From contig CM052816.1 of NCBI GenBank assembly GCA_028534125.1, positions 93,870,001-93,934,000 on the forward strand: 64,000 nt of DNA, in the 5' to 3' direction. This DNA comes from Lama glama (Eukaryota). Below are positions 1-11,599 of the stretch, one piece after another (position 1 is the stretch's first letter; each line of letters opens with the position of its first letter). The position numbers and the translations under genes are program-made. The notes below the pieces were generated by a model, which saw only the letters and a list, made by a program, of their open reading frames with translations, searched no databases and was not told where the DNA came from.

Positions 1-911
1 TATGTGATGTGTTTTCTTTGCTCTTTATAGATGGTTTTGGAAGTTAAGATGGTCATAGTTTTGTTTACCTTTGAGTTTACACTCTTCTGATGCCCTTGTG
101 CTTCTATTTCCTTGTTTAATCTTTTGTTACCACTGTGTCAGAAGTAAATGTGCCTTTACTCCCACCTACTGCCTACACAATTAACGTGTTTATTCTCCTT
201 CCACCTATATTCCACTTTGCTCTTCTCCCATTGCTCTAGTTGCTTTATTTCTATTGTAACAGTACGTAAAACACTCGTGTGTTATTTTTCTGCCTTCTTC
301 TCTGCTATATTTGAGTCTTCAATGTGCAGTAGAGTGCACGTACTGCTCACCCTCCACCTTCTGCCCACATCTTGTCCTTCTGGATCATGAACTTCCCTCT
401 CCAGCTTTCTTTTTCCTTTCATCATCTGGTTTCAGAGCTCACCTCCAGCTTCCTTTATATCCGCTCTCCTTCAGAAGCACTGCCCTCCCAAGCCTGCCTC
501 ACCGATGTCCATGGATCAGTATGCTTTCTCTTCTCCATCTGCCTTTGTTGTTGTTGTTTTAAATTTGTTGATTTTGTTTTTTGTTTGTTTTTGTTTTGTT
601 TTGCTTTCCCAGCTTGCCACGTACCCTCATGTTTTCTCTGCTAGAAATAGTTATTTTTAACTTATCAGTTTATTAAAGTTTTTAAGATTCCATATCTTCT
701 AGTTTTGCTGAAGGCATAACTTTTTATATAGTTTAGTATGATGCATAAAACGTTTTGGAAGATTTTGTAAAGATTTAGGGAGATTTTCATCATTTGGTTG
801 CCACCACTAATTTGGCTATAAAAATATGCCATAATATCATCTTGTAAGTGGAGTACATGTTTTGTTTCTGTCAAATGTATTACTTAAACAAGCTAACTTC
901 TTTGGTGAATA

Positions 912-2300
912 GTGTATAACCTTTTGCTGCCTCTCCAGAATCAACTCTTTCCCTTCCCTTTTTTCCCTCCAGACAGAGCTCTGGTTTATTCAAATATTCA
1001 CTCTTTTCCCGTGTGCTACACGAGTTCTAACATAACATGACTCCACATCCATTTCCAGGACTAAGTTTTTTGTTTTGTTTTATTTGACTTCCAGTCTATT
1101 TGCAATGTTATGTTAGTTTCTGGTGTCCGGCATAGTGATTCAGACATAGATATATAGATATCTAGATATATAGATATCTAGATATATATATATCTCTTCA
1201 TTTTCCTATTCTTTTTCATTATAAATTATTACAGGATATTGGATACAGTTCCTTGTGCTATATAGTATAACCTTATTGTTTATTTGCTTTGTATATAATA
1301 GTGTGTACCTGCAATCCGAAACTCCCAATTGATCCATCCCCCACCCGATAACCATAAGTTTGTTTTCTGTGTCTGTGAGTCTGTTTCTGTTTTGTAAATA
1401 AGTTCATTTGTGTCATATTTCAGATTTCCCATATAAGTGATATTATATGGTATTTTTCTTTCTCTTTCTGGCTTACTTCACTTAGAATAACAATCTCTAG
1501 ATCCATCTACGTTGATGCAAACGGCAATATTTCATTCTTTTTTATGACTGAGTAGTATTCCATTGTATAAATATACCACATCTTCTTTATCCAGTCATCT
1601 GTTGATGGACATTTAGGTTGTTTCCATGTCTTGGCTATTGTAAATAGTGCTGCTAAGAACTCTGGGGTGACTGTATCTTTTCAAATTAGAGTTTCCTCTG
1701 GATATATGCCCAGGAGTGAATTTGCTGGATCATATGGTAAGTCTATTTTTAGTTTTTTCTTGTTTTGTTTTTTTTTTGCTTTTTTTTTTTAAGGGATCTC
1801 CATACCATTTTCCACAGTGTCTGCACCAAATTACATCCCCACCAACAGTGTAGGAGGGATCCTTTGTCGCCACACTCGCTCCAGTATTTGTCATTTGTGG
1901 GCTTTTTAATGATGGCCGTTCTAATCAGTGTGAGGTGATACTTCATTATCAGAAAAATACAAATCAAAACTCCTGGACTAAGTTGTGATAAAATGCATCA
2001 GAACAGTTTCATAACTCTTGTTACAATATTTAAGCAAAAAAGTGCAGTCTATTTGAGCCAGTGATAATGTGAAAAGAGGCAAGTTTGCAACTTCTGGGAA
2101 AGAAGGTTACTTTTTTTCTGGGAGAATTTCAGGAAGCATCATTATAATCTGGCAGGACTTAATGAGGAATCGTGCTGCCCTGAATTTTACTGCAGTAATC
2201 CCATTACCACAAGGACACCAACCATAGTAAGAAATAAACACTGTGAATTAGATAACTGGAGTCAGAAAAGCTCTTGGGCTGCTTTTCAATCTTCCTGATA
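912..2300 (+). mobile_element. Old MaLR LTR (MLT1K/MLT1L-like), split by a younger L1 insertion
   Basis: Segments 912-1053 and 1985-2300 resemble the MLT1K/L consensus (e.g. 'gagccagtgataatgtgaaaagaggcaagtttgcaacttctgggaaag') and rejoin across the L1 target-site duplication. Family assigned by recalled resemblance; very diverged. Confidence 0.5.
1068..1970 (-). mobile_element. 5'-truncated, 5'-inverted LINE-1 (ORF2 C-terminus plus 3' UTR; cetartiodactyl/camelid type)
   Basis: ORF 1749-1967(-) reads [15 protein letters not shown]...[16 protein letters not shown], the L1 ORF2p C-terminal Cys-rich region. T-rich tail from 1068. 14-bp TSD tcc(a/t)ggactaagtt at 1054-1067 and 1971-1984. Confidence 0.95.
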
Positions 2301-3509
2301 CATATTTTATATAAAAATGTAATTTATACGAGCTAAGAATTATCCTAGCCTTTCACAGCAATTTGTCTTTTCTGTTCCTTAATTCCACACTCATATTTAC
2401 TGATCCCTGCTTATATTAACTGTTTATTTGTTTGTAAAACCATGGTTTATTACATTTTAAATCCAAATTAAGCATATACTCTCTAGTGAGACATCATTGG
2501 CATGGGCATAACATCACAAAATTCTATCATTAAAAGAGAGTTTAGAAATTCTCGAGACTTATTTTCCCAGTATAACAAGTAAATAGGAATTTAAGCACTG
2601 CATGAATACTTACAAGGATTAGAAGCTTGCCAGTTTATAAGCTAGATCTTCCGTTCTTGGAGAGGCCTGTTTTTAACCAGCTACAGTACATCTGAAGGAT
2701 ATGGAACAATTCCAGTATTTTTGGTACTTCACACATCTCTACATATATAAGAAATTCCAATATGCCACCTCATTCTTATGCAGAAGAGCTGTATCTCTCA
2801 GATAAAAGACCTTGTTTTGTGTATTGTATAATTTTTCTTATCAAAGTGAATTTTTGTGTCCGTTTTAGCATGCCATCTCCAGAATCACAATGATTACAAT
2901 AAGTCACATATAAGGAATATTTTTTCAACATCCAGTCAGTACAAATAACAAAGGTCTTTGAAGGGTTTTTTATTTTTTTGTTAGTTGGATTTTTTTTAAC
3001 ATAGCCTACAAACATAGTTAGTCTTATAATTGTTTAATTATTTTAAATGCCTTGTGAATCCTGAATCTGCTCTTTTAAAATTATTTTTATAAATCCAGTT
3101 CATATCTTTTTTATAGTTTACATTATTTAACAAGTTGAGCATGCATTTTATTGTTTTCATAATTTGATTTTGTTTCTTTGATGCATTTTGCTTTATCTAT
3201 TTTATAAATACAAACACTTGCAAAGTTCCAACCGTCCATCTCCTAATTATCTTTATGGGTGCATGAAGTAAAGTGTTTGGGATGGTTTAATGTCCTCTTT
3301 ATCTGAGATGTTAAATTTTTCATTTTGTATTATGGTCCTGGAACATTTTGAAAGTACAATAGAAAGTGAAATAGAAAGTTCTTTATTTTTATTTGAGAGC
3401 TTAGATTATAATCTAATATAAACAACTGTCAACTTAAATGTACTATGAATAAAAAGTCACCTAAACTAACTCTGTACAGAATGGTGACAAAAAGTATTGA
3501 CATTTCCAA

Positions 3510-3710
3510 GCCCCTATTATTCTAACTGCATTATGACTTATTATGTTCAAAAAAATGATTGGTTCAGATGCTACCATTTGTCTTCATTTCATAATGCAGG
3601 TAATGAGGCTTAGAAATATTAATAAACAGCCGATTAGGGACAAAATTAAGAGCTGAATTTAGGGATATTTGCTCTTCCAGTCCACATTCTAAACCAACAT
3701 GATATTGTGT
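3510..3710 (-). mobile_element. MIR SINE remnant
   Basis: Degenerate MIR core in antisense: 'cttcatttcataatgcaggtaatgaggcttagaaatattaataaac'. Confidence 0.45.
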
Positions 3711-5529
3711 CTCAGAATAAAACAGCATTTTCTAAAAATGTGTTCTCTTTTATAAGCCAAACAGGAAGTTTTCAATATCTTTACATGAGAAATATTATTT
3801 CTCTCTTTCTCTTTCTCTTTCTAGCTCACAAGCAAAAAGGAGATCTGAATAAACTGAGTAATATAACATGTTAAAAAGCAATGAAAATCTCAAGTGGATT
3901 TCCATAGAATTTGAGAACAGAAATATCAACAATAGCCCACATAATTTGGGGGGAAAAATAATGCATAAACCTGCCTAAAGAGATATCACAATATTTGAAC
4001 ATATGTAAAAGTGTACATATGATATAGAAAATATCAAAATAGCTGCATTATTTTATTCCAAATGAATGATGCTTATTAGGTCTGTGGGGGAAAAGTGGAA
4101 AATGTGGAATGAAGGGAATTTTACCCTTATCTACTTTGATTTTTTTAAATTATACTATATTTGTGTTAGTATGTCACTAGAGAAGAAAATGTGTAAAAAA
4201 AGTCTGTGTTAGTACAGAGAAAGGTCTTTGAACTATGTCTACGCCTTTCTCAAAATGAGCAGTCAATTCATTTCAGCCATAATTACCACTATTTTTAATA
4301 CACAGCTCTGAGCAGATTGATATTTTCCATTTTAGCTTGGCCTGCTACCAAGTCTTACTAGATCTTTCAACTTCATTTTCCTTCTGTGAATCAGAAGCCA
4401 CTGTTGATAATACTTACACTGTGTGGCAATATTTCTTTGCCTGCTGTACTGAAACTTGAAGAACGCCCTCTGCATAATTCTTTTGTATATTTATTTCTAT
4501 AAAATAAGTTCTGAAATTTTCTATAAATCTCCTTGAAGGAGCAAAATGGAAAAATCTTTACATAGGCAAATAGAATCACTGCTACAGTAAACTTTTCCTG
4601 GAAGAAACCAAAGAAAAGTTAAAATATTTTGACAAGGAGGAATAATCTTAGGATGAGAGCAGGGCTCAGAAAAATTAGATTAGTTTGTCTGCACCTGCTA
4701 CTGAGAAACCATTTCTCTCTGTTGAGGGTCACTCTGACCTGACTCAGGAAAATGGAGACCTCAGTAGATGTTCCTGATATAAATTTTAATCAACTACAGC
4801 CTAACCGTGTACTTGTGTATCTCACAAATTGCAGGGAACTGTCTTTGACGTCCTGGACTTCGTGAGATGCCTTGAGCAACGATCACCGCATGAGTTGTTG
4901 TCTGCTCCATGTTTCTGCCTTTCCTTCAATCACCCATCTTGACTGATCTTCTCTCCACTACCACCCTCTCCTTATGTGTCATTTTTCTCTGCATTACAAT
5001 TTATAAGAGAATTTGTAAGTCAAATATTTTACTTACCTGGTCTTTGGTAATTAAAATATATTATTACAGTGTCAGCCAGTTTCAAGCACAGCAGTTATTG
5101 TAAGAAGTTTCTGAATAATTTAATTTCCTACCCTAAAATGGAAGACAAAATCAGTTGAATAAGGAATAGCTCATTCCCCAAAATTTAAGATGGATTTGCC
5201 CATTTGTTCTTCTTTACTTATCTAAAAAGCCCACTGATCCTTGGGCTCTGACTCAGCTCTGTACTGTCCATAGTGAGGAAAATGATAATACAGCATTTTC
5301 TTACAAAGCTCTGCATGAGTGACTACTCATGTTGCCATTGGCACTCAGGGTGTGTATATTAGTAGTAAATTTCTACCAGTACAGTTGTAGAGAATGTCCT
5401 CACTCTCTTGTAACACACATACACACACCCACACACACAGGGAAAGAGAGATGCTTGACCAGATAAAACAAAATAAGAAAACAAATACATCTCTATATTA
5501 ATAAATTCTAGGCATTAGGATTATTGACT

Positions 5530-5950
5530 CAATCACAGTCCAAACAAGAAACATGGCACACTCAAATTAGAGACTTTGAGGCAATTTTACTAAAAGAATT
5601 GGTCGAATAATATATAGACATAGGGTGGCAAGCTCACGCAGGATCTTAGAGTACCCTGGGCTGCTGAGTTGAGCTGTTACTAATCCTGTGCCTGACGGGT
5701 AGAAGGAAGGCTGTGTTACATGGACGTAGAGATGGAGGGGTTTCTGCAGAAAGGACCACCTGATAGGTGGTGAGATATTTTGCGATAGATAGAACCAGTT
5801 AGAGAAAGGCAACTGGGCAGAGGTGGATCCAGGGTCATAATTAGTCACACTGACCTCAGTTTCCTCTCCCCTTTCAGTTCCTGACAGTGCTTTCCATTGA
5901 CCATACAAAAATAGGACAGGTGTCATGGAAGGGCTTTGATGTCACCAAAA
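5530..5950 (-). mobile_element. ERVL LTR (LTR33-like)
   Basis: 'cagtccaaacaagaaacatggcacactcaaattagagactttgagg' resembles the antisense LTR33 end. ORF 5567-5926 lies inside it and has no recognisable protein. Confidence 0.6.
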
Positions 5951-7689
5951 CAGGTCAGCTTCCCTGATGCGAAAAGTATGTGAAGTGGGGAGAGTCCACC
6001 CACAGAGGCATGGGCACAATTTCAAAATAATAAGTAGAACTGACCTAAGCTTTTGCAAGATAGAAATTTGCAAGGAAGTAGCCTTATTCCTTAAAGAAGA
6101 CTGGAAAACATCTTTCTGACCTAGGGAAGTATCAAGCAAGCTTATTTCCCTATTGTCCAAAACCCGGCATTGGAAAACTTAATCTGCGGGTGATCAGTGA
6201 ATGGCTGAAAATGAATGAATGAATGAATAAATAAAGCGTGGACATATTTGAATGGGGGGATGTTCAATTTATACATGTGGCATAAATACCCTGAGGGTTA
6301 TACCTGGATTGTCAAAGCCACAGTGACCTTGAAAACTCTGTGGAGGGACTTACAGAAATCAGAGGGCACAAAAGCAATCATTCCTGCTCAGATAAGGCCA
6401 CAATAAAAAGAAATTCACTCTTATTAATGACTGCTCAAAATTGGATATGTTCTGGGAAATATTTTATTAATTAGTGGCAAAATGTTGCCTTATGGACTCA
6501 AGCTTTACCTCTGCGTGATTTTATTAGGGGCTGAGTAGGAGTTAAAGGAACTTATTTTAAAATAAATCTAAAACAAAGTCTCAATCATCAGTAACTGAAA
6601 GAAGAGGAAATAGCTCTAACTAAAAAGGCATGGGTTAAAATGGAACAAGTTATAGGTTTCAACTGTCTTTAATACTATGCACTGAAGAGCTATCATGCAA
6701 CATTGAAATAGCAACTGAACTCATTCCTACGCTTTTGAACTGTGTGAGGATTTGCAAGTATCATGGTCCTAGATGTTTTAAGATGACACTGTGATTGCGT
6801 TATTAAGTTATTTTATACCAGGCCTTTACTGAGGTAAGACATTTGTCCTTCGCTTTGGAGTTTTGAACATATCTCTTATTTACTAAAAATGAAATAAAAT
6901 GATATCCTTGTTTTCCTACATACACAAGCAGATGTTTTTTCAGAGCACACTGCTAAAAGAATGTTTCAAAGTGTCTGACATTGGATAAATAGGTCATCAA
7001 TCATTGGGTGCATTTGCATTACTCACTGCAACCAGTGTGCATTAAATTGTGAATATTTTCCTCCAGCTCCCTATTATCGAGAAAAATAATATTCTCATGG
7101 CAGTGAAATTAACTGTAAAGAAGGCTTTGATTCTGTCTAAAATGATCTACTCATCAATCAAGTTAAAAATCATTTAGGCTCGGATGCAGCTTTGTGGATT
7201 TCCAAATGATAGAAGGATTATGCTAAAGAGGAGTGACAAATAGTTCAATGTCAGTCTAAAGTAGAAACAATTATAATAACCTTTTTGCATTTTTACCAAT
7301 AACTTGATAATGAGACTGAAATTTTTGTTTTCAATATGGGCATGACTATCCCTAGTTTTGGAGGGTGCCTTAATATTTCAGGCTTCTGGGGAGATTACTG
7401 AAAGCATGTTTAGTAGCCCAATAATTGAAAAAAAAATCTAGAAGTTAGATCTATAAGAGGTAGTGGAACTGTGCACTGAATAACTGAAGCTCACTCACAT
7501 TCCAATTCTGACCCCAGACAAAACACAGCAATGGAGCAAGTGATCACATGAAGTTGGTGATTTTGGTCATTTGGAGACACACTGGGCATTCAAGGCAAGA
7601 TGATTATATAAGCATAAGTCATCTTACTGAAATTGCTTTTCAGTAATCTCATAAGTTGGCCATTACTGGGTTTGTTATTGTTTTTAAAG

Positions 7690-8765
7690 GTCATGAGCAT
7701 AGGGGAGCTGGGACAAGCCGAACATCATTGGGTATAGTGGGTATAGGGGAAAAAATGTCCTAGGTTTCTAAGCAATGTTGTCTGAAAAGAGAGATGAAGA
7801 AATGAATTAGATTGAGTATGGGTCAGTGTTGTCATGTTCTGTATAAGAGATGGAGTGTCACCAGCTGTGTGGTCAGAGAGATAAGTTAATGTCCTTATCT
7901 GCACATGGCATTGAAGGAGGAGTGGCTAAAGGCGAAAGTAACTGGGTAATGAAAACATCAGAATGGAAGTTACTTCTGTCTTTGACTTGGTGGGGAGAAC
8001 CCAAGCAGTCTAACAGGCATCAAAGCACTAGCTGATCTCAAAGGAAATTCACAGAGGTTGACTGTGGTTTGGGTCCTTATTTCTGTTTCCCTAAATATTT
8101 CCAATATTTCCCAAGCCCGCAGTAGGATTTTCTTCCATCCTTACATCTATCTGTTGGTCTTCTAACTTATTTTAACTAAGAAAATGTGAATGAAAAGAAA
8201 GTGTGCTCCTTCTTGTTCAGAGCTTTCAAAGCCAATGTGAGGTTGGCCACATCCTCCTTCCACTCCCATCTCTGGGGGGAACTGGAAGTTTGTGGAATAG
8301 AAGCCTGCAGCAGCCTGGGTCCCTGGTGGACCACAGTGAGCAGAGCTCCTTGCTGTCGCCTGTTAGAAAAGCAGCCCGAGTTAAAAGGGTCTCTTGTTTG
8401 TGAAGTCCTGGGACTTGGCGGTCATATCCTAATGCTGCACAGCGCAGTCCATCATGACTGGTGCAGGGCCCCTCCTCTTACACAGGAAACTTCTGGAGAG
8501 CATGCGCCACTAAGAAGAGGAAGCAAATTAAAAACCAAGGCTTGTAACCCAAGAAACAGAAGATTCAGCTGAAGAGAATGGTAGAGTGAACGCCAGGTCC
8601 AGAGACCAAGTCATATCAAAAGGGTAGCATCCTTGGTGAAGGAGTTACTACAAACGACCCAATGAAACAGCACTGACAAATCATTGAAAAAATGTTTAAA
8701 TATCCGAACAGTAACTTCTAGGTGATTGACAGTTCTTTCAAGAGTAGTTTAGCAGCTGCTATGGG
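7690..8765 (-). mobile_element. L2 LINE remnant interrupted by an MLT1 LTR
   Basis: Purine-rich degraded antisense L2-like sequence on both sides of 8063-8465 (e.g. 'ctaggtgattgacagttctttcaagagtagtttagcag'). Confidence 0.4.
8063..8465 (+). mobile_element. MaLR solo LTR (MLT1I/MLT1J-like)
   Basis: TG...CA ends ('tgtggttt' ... 'catgactggtgca'), about 400 bp, with the MLT1 motif 'cagcctgggtccctggtggaccacagtgagcagagctcc'. Explains ORFs 8186-8572 and 8203-8403. Confidence 0.7.
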
Positions 8766-9069
8766 TAAAAGTAAAAATAAACAAACAAACAGACAAACGA
8801 AACTTAATTTAATTTGTTAATTAAAGGAAAAACAAAAATTATACAGAAAAGGGAACACTCATACTAGATCACTTGGGCCAACATCGAATGTGATCCTCAA
8901 TGTGATAATAATGTAAAATAATAAGAGCATAAAACCAAATACTGTAATGGAGCTGAATTTTAGATGAATGAGGAAAAGAGATGAGAATTCTTGTCTAACC
9001 AAGAGAAATCCTCTAACCAATAGATTAAAAGCCAAAAGATGAATGCTGTTTAAAATTGACGACATAAGG

Positions 9070-9675
9070 TGTGGGAGCCCATGATTGGGTTAACACATTG
9101 TAACAGACCCCAGCCGCTTATCTCCTTAAAGAAGAGCAAATGTGCTCAGTAACCACCTTGCTTGCATAGTTGAGGTTTTAGCAAGGACCCAGGCCCTGGG
9201 CTATCAACGCTGGGCGTGCCTGCTGTTAGATAGCCTTCTATGCCCAAAACAGCCTTGCTGGAATGGTAAACGAGTTATAAAAAGCTGCAGACTCAGAGGC
9301 GAGGAGGCTGGTTAGCCAGTGACAGGTGAGACCCCCTGAGGGGGGCAACCTGAGACAGGCACAGCCTGAGCAGCTGATTCTCCTGCGTTCTGCCCTGCTA
9401 AGCTGAAAGGCTCAACAGGAACATGATTCACCAAAAAGGGTCTTCTGACCTTGAGCCAAACGCCAACAATAAGCAAAGCCTTTGTACTCATTGTGATCCC
9501 ACCCTGTCCTTCCCTAAATTCCTGCTTTCCTCCTTTGACTGTACACAATAAATATGGGAGCATTTGAGAGGCTCAGGAAGTTGGCTCCTGACTCCCTCTC
9601 GCTCTCTTGACTTTTCCACAGAGTCGTGAGTAATTCATTCCGTCTCGGTGGGACTTCTGCTGGCCAGAACCCACA
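9070..9675 (+). mobile_element. Endogenous retroviral LTR (about 606 bp) followed by a partial PBS-like sequence
   Basis: Terminal inverted repeat TGTGGG...CCCACA; GC-richer than the flanks; AATAAA at about 9548; followed by 'ac-TGGTGACGA'. Confidence 0.8.
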
Positions 9676-10689
9676 ACTGGTGACGAACCCACAACTGGGT
9701 TTTTTTGTTTGTTGGTTTTTGTGGAAAAAAGTCACAAATGCCTAAAATAGAGAGATCAAAATATAGAACTGAAAGTCACTAATTCTTGGGAACAGGCTGG
9801 GCATGGTTATGTGGATTACAAAAAAAAAACTGATGTTTTTGATATAATGCTTTTAGTACTACGTGATTTTTAAGTTCAATGTCTATATTATGATTAAACT
9901 TTTAGTTTGACACTCAAATTGTTAGTCACATTTCTGTACTTTGTGCCACCTGTAAATATGTTGACTACAAAATTTTGGCAAAACCAAAAGCACATCTGGA
10001 AATTACATTTCTCAATAAGCGAAAAATAGGACACAGGGTTACACTAAGTGTGTTAGCAGTTCTCTACGAAGGATGGATTAAAGTGCTCCTCAAGACTACT
10101 GAAGTGTTTACAATCTAAACACACCTGAGGCAACTCTTCATGTCTTGCTGTCCTGTAACTCTTGAGATCCCCCAGGTCCTGATGTGTCACCTGGGTTGAG
10201 GGTTATCCATTCATAGTTTCTAACACACACTCTGGGAACTGTCTTTGAAAGAACATTATCCTAAGTCATTTATAAGATATTCAAATTTGTAGTAAAATGT
10301 CAGTGCAAAGACTTGTTAAATACCTGCCACATGTCATCTTAGTCTAACACACAATCATATTGCATCTAAAAATCATTTCTTCTCCTATAGTACCTGGTTC
10401 TCTTGCCAGTTGAATTGTTTACAAGGCCAGCTGTAGGGATGTCAATATTTAAAGGGTAGAAATATATTTTATAAATGAGCCCATAGAAACTACTTCTAAA
10501 GGCTAACCAGAGTTTATTTAGTTCCATAAATACATTTCTGTGTTATTTTGATGCCATGGTTTCAGAAATCACTCACAGTCCTAAATATATGCAATGCTTT
10601 TATGGGTGTTGAAAATGTATAAATGACAAGATCCGTAAACCACTGCTTTAGCTTTTTTCAAGCAAAGGACTGAGAGTTCAGAGGAGGAA

Positions 10690-11110
10690 GTAGCTGCTCC
10701 ACATCAGGAACACACTGGATCTTTACTGTGAAACCATTAAAAGGTCAAGGGTGAGTACAGGTGTTTGAAGCAGAAGGCATAATATGTGCAAAGGCATAAC
10801 GTGGTGAAGAAGGAAGCCTTTGGAACTGTGTTCAGATAACAGTGAGAGTTCACTATGGTCGGAGTAAGTGATAGATGAGGTGGAATGTTGTGGGATAAAG
10901 TTACTCAAGGGACTGACATGTTTTGAATGCCGACTATGTGCAGGTGCTGCCAGTGCTCTTTGTATATGACAGCACATTGAACTGGGACCAGACAATAATA
11001 ACGTTATTGAAAGAAGAAGTTTTGTGAGATTTTTAAGGAGAGAAGTGATGTAATAAGATTTATCTTAGGGAAAAAATATAGGGGCAGTGATGAGAAAAGA
11101 GGAAGTATGT
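10690..11110 (-). mobile_element. L2 LINE remnant
   Basis: Antisense L2-like motifs 'gcagaaggcataatatgtgcaaaggc' and 'gatttttaaggagagaagtgatgtaataagatttat'. Confidence 0.55.
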
Positions 11111-11599
11111 GGAATATGGGCAATAAGTGTCTCCAAGGAAAAAAAATTGCAAATCACTGCTCACATAGTTTAATAATGAAACAGCATAATCAGTGAAGGA
11201 AAGAATAATTATCAATATTGTAGAGCTTAAAATAGATGGAAACTAAAATACTCTACTGTAAAATCAAAGATAAATACAGATATATGTTTTGGCAACTGAG
11301 TTAAATTTCTGAATGGTAAAATGTTTATCAAATATTTATGAAAGTCACAGTTCTAATTGCAACTTTCAGAATAACTCCAGAGGCTGCATATATTGCTTAT
11401 TACTGATAGATAGGGAGATTCATATTTTGATACTCTAATTGTTAAGCATTCTTACTTGTAAAAAAAAAACTTAAAGGTAACTTAAAACAAAAATTTCTAC
11501 TTAAAGAAAAATTTGGCATTGCTTTGCAAAGTGAAATATCTCTTCAATAAGATGTTTCAAGGTGCGTAACAAGTGTGTTGTGTTTCTACAAATTTAAAT

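Noticed and set aside
1147..1196. Palindromic-looking tandem repeat (tagatatatagatatc)n
   Set aside because: Slippage derivative of the (TA)n tract within the L1 3' UTR.
4833..10248. Shared 15-mer gggaactgtctttga at about 4833 and 10234
   Set aside because: The similarity does not extend, and a few such matches are expected by chance in 64 kb.
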